Below are positions 58,667 through 61,871 of a DNA stretch of 61,871 nucleotides, piece by piece. How positions within the stretch are numbered: position 1 is the stretch's first letter; each line of letters opens with the position of its first letter. This stretch comes from Gemmatimonadales bacterium (GTDB lineage Bacteria > Gemmatimonadota > Gemmatimonadetes > Gemmatimonadales > GWC2-71-9): positions 1 to 61,871 of the forward strand of contig JBDSIR010000063.1 in the NCBI GenBank assembly GCA_039917855.1, read 5' to 3'. The notes under the pieces were generated by a model, which made no database searches, was not told where the DNA came from, and saw only the letters and a list, made by a program, of their open reading frames with translations. Both the position numbers and the translations under genes were made by a program.

Positions 58667-58783
58667 GTGAAGGTCCGATCGAGCGTCAAGCCCATCTGTG
58701 AACACTGCAAGGTGGTCAAGCGGGCGGGAATCGTGCGCATCATCTGCAAGCGCAATCCCAAGCACAAGCAGCGGCAGGGCTGA
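58667..58783 (+). CDS. rpmJ: 50S ribosomal protein L36 (Zn-ribbon type)
   Basis: GGAGG RBS; manual translation [38 protein letters not shown] (absent from the ORF track, 38 aa). Confidence 0.97.
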   Translation: MKVRSSVKPICEHCKVVKRAGIVRIICKRNPKHKQRQG

Positions 58784-58786
58784 TCC

Positions 58787-59167
58787 ATGGCGCGTATCGC
58801 AGGCGTGGACCTTCCGCGCGAGAAGCGGGTCGAGATCGGCCTGACCTACATCTTCGGCATCGGACGAGTGACGAGCAACAAACTCCTCGCCGAGACCGGG
58901 ATCTCCCCCGACACCCGGGTCCGTGATCTCTCGGACACCGAAGTCGGTCGTCTCCGCCAGGTCATCGAGCGGTCCTTGAAGGTCGAGGGCGCGCTCCGGA
59001 CCGAGGTGGCGATGAACATCAAGCGCCTCATGGACATCGGCAGCTACCGGGGATCGCGGCATCGTCGCGGCCTCCCGGTGCGTGGCCAGCGTACGCATAC
59101 CAACGCCCGGACCAAGAAGGGCCCCCGTCGGGCCATCGCGGGCAAGAAGAAAGTGACCAAGAAGTGA
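58787..59167 (+). CDS. rpsM: 30S ribosomal protein S13
   Basis: [27 protein letters not shown]. Confidence 0.98.
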   Translation: MARIAGVDLPREKRVEIGLTYIFGIGRVTSNKLLAETGISPDTRVRDLSDTEVGRLRQVIERSLKVEGALRTEVAMNIKRLMDIGSYRGSRHRRGLPVRGQRTHTNARTKKGPRRAIAGKKKVTKK

Positions 59168-59580
59168 CCGCTCCCACAACGCCCGCAACGCCCGCCCCGA
59201 AGGCGCCCAGCGCCAAGCGCGCCAAGAAGATGGTCGAGGCCGAAGGTGTGGCCCACATCATGGCCACCTTCAACAACGTGATCATCACGATCACGGACCC
59301 GAAGGGCAACACGGTCGCCTGGGGTACCGCAGGCAAGGCGGGCTTCAAGGGCTCCAAGAAGTCCACGCCGTTCGCCGCCACCGTCGCCGCCGAGAACTGC
59401 GGCCGCGAGGCGATGAACCTCGGCGTCCGGCGCGTGTCGGTCCGGGTCCAGGGCCCGGGCAGCGGTCGCGAGTCGGCCATCCAGGCGCTGGCCACGGTCG
59501 GCCTGCGAGTCCTGTCCATCCGCGACGTCACGCCGATCCCGCACAACGGTTGTCGTCCTCCCAAGAAGCGGCGGGTCTGA
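59164..59580 (+). CDS. rpsK: 30S ribosomal protein S11
   Basis: [36 protein letters not shown]. Confidence 0.98.
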   Translation: MTAPTTPATPAPKAPSAKRAKKMVEAEGVAHIMATFNNVIITITDPKGNTVAWGTAGKAGFKGSKKSTPFAATVAAENCGREAMNLGVRRVSVRVQGPGSGRESAIQALATVGLRVLSIRDVTPIPHNGCRPPKKRRV

Positions 59581-59582
59581 GC

Positions 59583-60218
<636 letters not shown>

Positions 60219-60220
60219 CC

Positions 60221-61276
60221 ATGAGCATCGATCTTACCGGGCTGGTGCGTCCGCACACGGTCGAAATGACCAAGCGGGACGACAACGTGAACGTCGCGGA
60301 GTTCCGCCTTCAGCCGCTCGAGCGCGGCTATGGCCATACCCTCGGCAACGCCCTTCGGCGCCTGCTGCTCTCCTCCCTCCGGGGGAGCGCGGTGTGGGCC
60401 TTCCGGATGGACGGCGTGGTGCACGAGCACCAGACCGTCGTCGGCGTCCTCGAGGACGTGCACCAGATCGTCCAGCGGCTCAAGACCCTCGTCCTCGTCG
60501 TTGATGCCGACATCGATGAGGCCACGCTGACCATCAAGAAGCACGGCGTCGGCCCGGTCTACGCCCGCGATCTCAAGGCCCATCCGAGCGTCAAGGTCGT
60601 CAACGGCGACCACCTCCTGTTCACCGTCCAGGAAGACCGTGAGATCTCGGTCGAGCTGCACGTGAACAAGGGCCGGGGCTACGTCGAAAGCGAGATGCAC
60701 CCGATCGATCGCTCCATGCCGGTCGACCTGATCCGCATCGACGCGATCTACAATCCGGTGCGCCGCGCCAACTTCACCGTGGCCGAGACGCGCGTCGGAC
60801 AGCGCACCGACTACGATCGCCTGACCGTCCACGTCGAGACCAACGGGACGCTCTCGCCCGAGGACGCGGTGGCCTATGCCGCCGCTCTCGCCCAGGAGCA
60901 CTTCCGGCACTTCGTCGAGTTCGGCAAGGTGCCGGTGCAGCGCGGTGAGCGTGCCGTGGCCGGTGCCGGCGACGCCGGGCTCCGCGACCGCCTGGCCCGC
61001 GTCATCGACGACTTCGGTCTTTCGGTCCGCTCGCTCAACTCGCTCAAGAACAGCAACATCCGCACGCTCGGCGACCTGGTCCAGCTGACCGAGGACGAGC
61101 TGCTGAAGGTCAAGAACGTCGGGGAGAAGGCGCTGACCGAGATCGGCGACCTGCTCCGCACCCAGGGCCTCAACTTCGGGATGCGGTTCGAAGAGGCCGA
61201 TGGCACCGTGCGGATCACCGACGCTGGGACGGCTCCGGCCGCCCGCGCGGCCGCCGAGGCCGGAGAGGACGCCTGA
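60221..61276 (+). CDS. rpoA: RNA polymerase alpha subunit
   Basis: [41 protein letters not shown]. Confidence 0.97.
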   Translation: MSIDLTGLVRPHTVEMTKRDDNVNVAEFRLQPLERGYGHTLGNALRRLLLSSLRGSAVWAFRMDGVVHEHQTVVGVLEDVHQIVQRLKTLVLVVDADIDEATLTIKKHGVGPVYARDLKAHPSVKVVNGDHLLFTVQEDREISVELHVNKGRGYVESEMHPIDRSMPVDLIRIDAIYNPVRRANFTVAETRVGQRTDYDRLTVHVETNGTLSPEDAVAYAAALAQEHFRHFVEFGKVPVQRGERAVAGAGDAGLRDRLARVIDDFGLSVRSLNSLKNSNIRTLGDLVQLTEDELLKVKNVGEKALTEIGDLLRTQGLNFGMRFEEADGTVRITDAGTAPAARAAAEAGEDA

Positions 61277-61277
61277 G

Positions 61278-61634
61278 ATGCGCCACAACGCCAAGAATCG
61301 CCAGCTGTCGCGGACGTCGGAACACCGGCGCGCGCTGCTCAACAACATGGCGACCAGCCTGTTCGAGCACGGCGGCATCGTCACCACCGAGGCCAAGGCC
61401 AAGGAGCTCCGCCCCTTCGCCGAGAAGCTCATCACGCTCGCTCGCCGCGGCGACCTGCACGCCCGCCGTCAGGCCGCGCGCAAGGTGAAGGATCCGGCGG
61501 TGCTGCAGCGGCTGTTCGCCGAGATCGGCCCGAAGTTCGCGGCCCGGCCCGGCGGCTATACCCGCATCCTGAAGATCGGCCACCGCCCCGGCGACGGCGC
61601 CGATGTGGCCCGGATCGAGCTGGTCGAGGGGTGA
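61278..61634 (+). CDS. rplQ: 50S ribosomal protein L17
   Basis: MRH...[33 protein letters not shown]. Confidence 0.98.
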   Translation: MRHNAKNRQLSRTSEHRRALLNNMATSLFEHGGIVTTEAKAKELRPFAEKLITLARRGDLHARRQAARKVKDPAVLQRLFAEIGPKFAARPGGYTRILKIGHRPGDGADVARIELVEG

Positions 61635-61663
61635 TGCTCTCGTTCCCCCGTTCGAGGGATGTC

Positions 61664-61691
61664 AGAAGGGGACCCGCGGGTCCCCTTTTTC
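61664..61691 (+). terminator. Rho-independent terminator after rplQ (possibly bidirectional)
   Basis: AAGGGGACCC-GC-GGGTCCCC-TTTTTT. Confidence 0.85.
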
Positions 61692-61777
61692 ACATTCCTG
61701 AACGCGAAAGCGGCCGCCAGCTGGAGCAGGCGGCCGCGCGTATCGAAATGTTCGCGGCCGAGTCGGCCACGCTACAA

Positions 61778-61871
61778 TCAGACCGCCTTCTTGACCTTGT
61801 TGCTGCGGATGCAGGACGTACACACCCGGGTACGACGAACCCCTTCGGTGGTAGCCACCCGCACGGTCTGC
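61778..61871 (-). CDS. rpmB: 50S ribosomal protein L28, C-terminal part (start outside window)
   Basis: Minus strand ...QTVRVATTEGVRRTRVCTSCIRSNKVKKAV*. Confidence 0.88.
   Translation of the reverse strand, partial: QTVRVATTEGVRRTRVCTSCIRSNKVKKAV

Overview
High-GC chromosomal window of mostly housekeeping genes. Gene order and protein style (e.g. the RpoA N-terminus) suggest Gemmatimonadota; this is inference, not checked. Left to right: a TetR-regulated ABC efflux operon, tRNA-Ala, a Tat amidase, a CHASE3/REC/hybrid-kinase cassette, sodA and a peroxiredoxin, a second two-component cluster upstream of tonB-exbB-exbD-exbD, an APC permease, a peptidoglycan-recycling cluster (kinase, SSS transporter, serine hydrolase, NagZ, NamZ), ino1 with a CDP-alcohol transferase, a membrane PPase, 2-oxoacid dehydrogenase E1a/E1b/E2, redox/SDR genes, aspA, Rrf2, moeB, tRNA-Leu, smpB, an amidase, pyrD/pyrF, the rpmJ-rpsM-rpsK-rpsD-rpoA-rplQ operon and partial rpmB. 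I saw no transposase, integrase, phage genes or CRISPR. The most unusual signal is non-coding. More than 20 short-period (7, 8 and 9 nt) tandem arrays occur, most forming inverted hairpins. Many begin exactly at stop codons and supply stops in all three frames, while stop-free versions are recruited in-frame into signal peptides and linkers. A ~200 bp hairpin unit that includes the 3' end of a gene occurs three times and brackets the 4.6 kb signalling cassette. All calls are from reading the sequence by eye.
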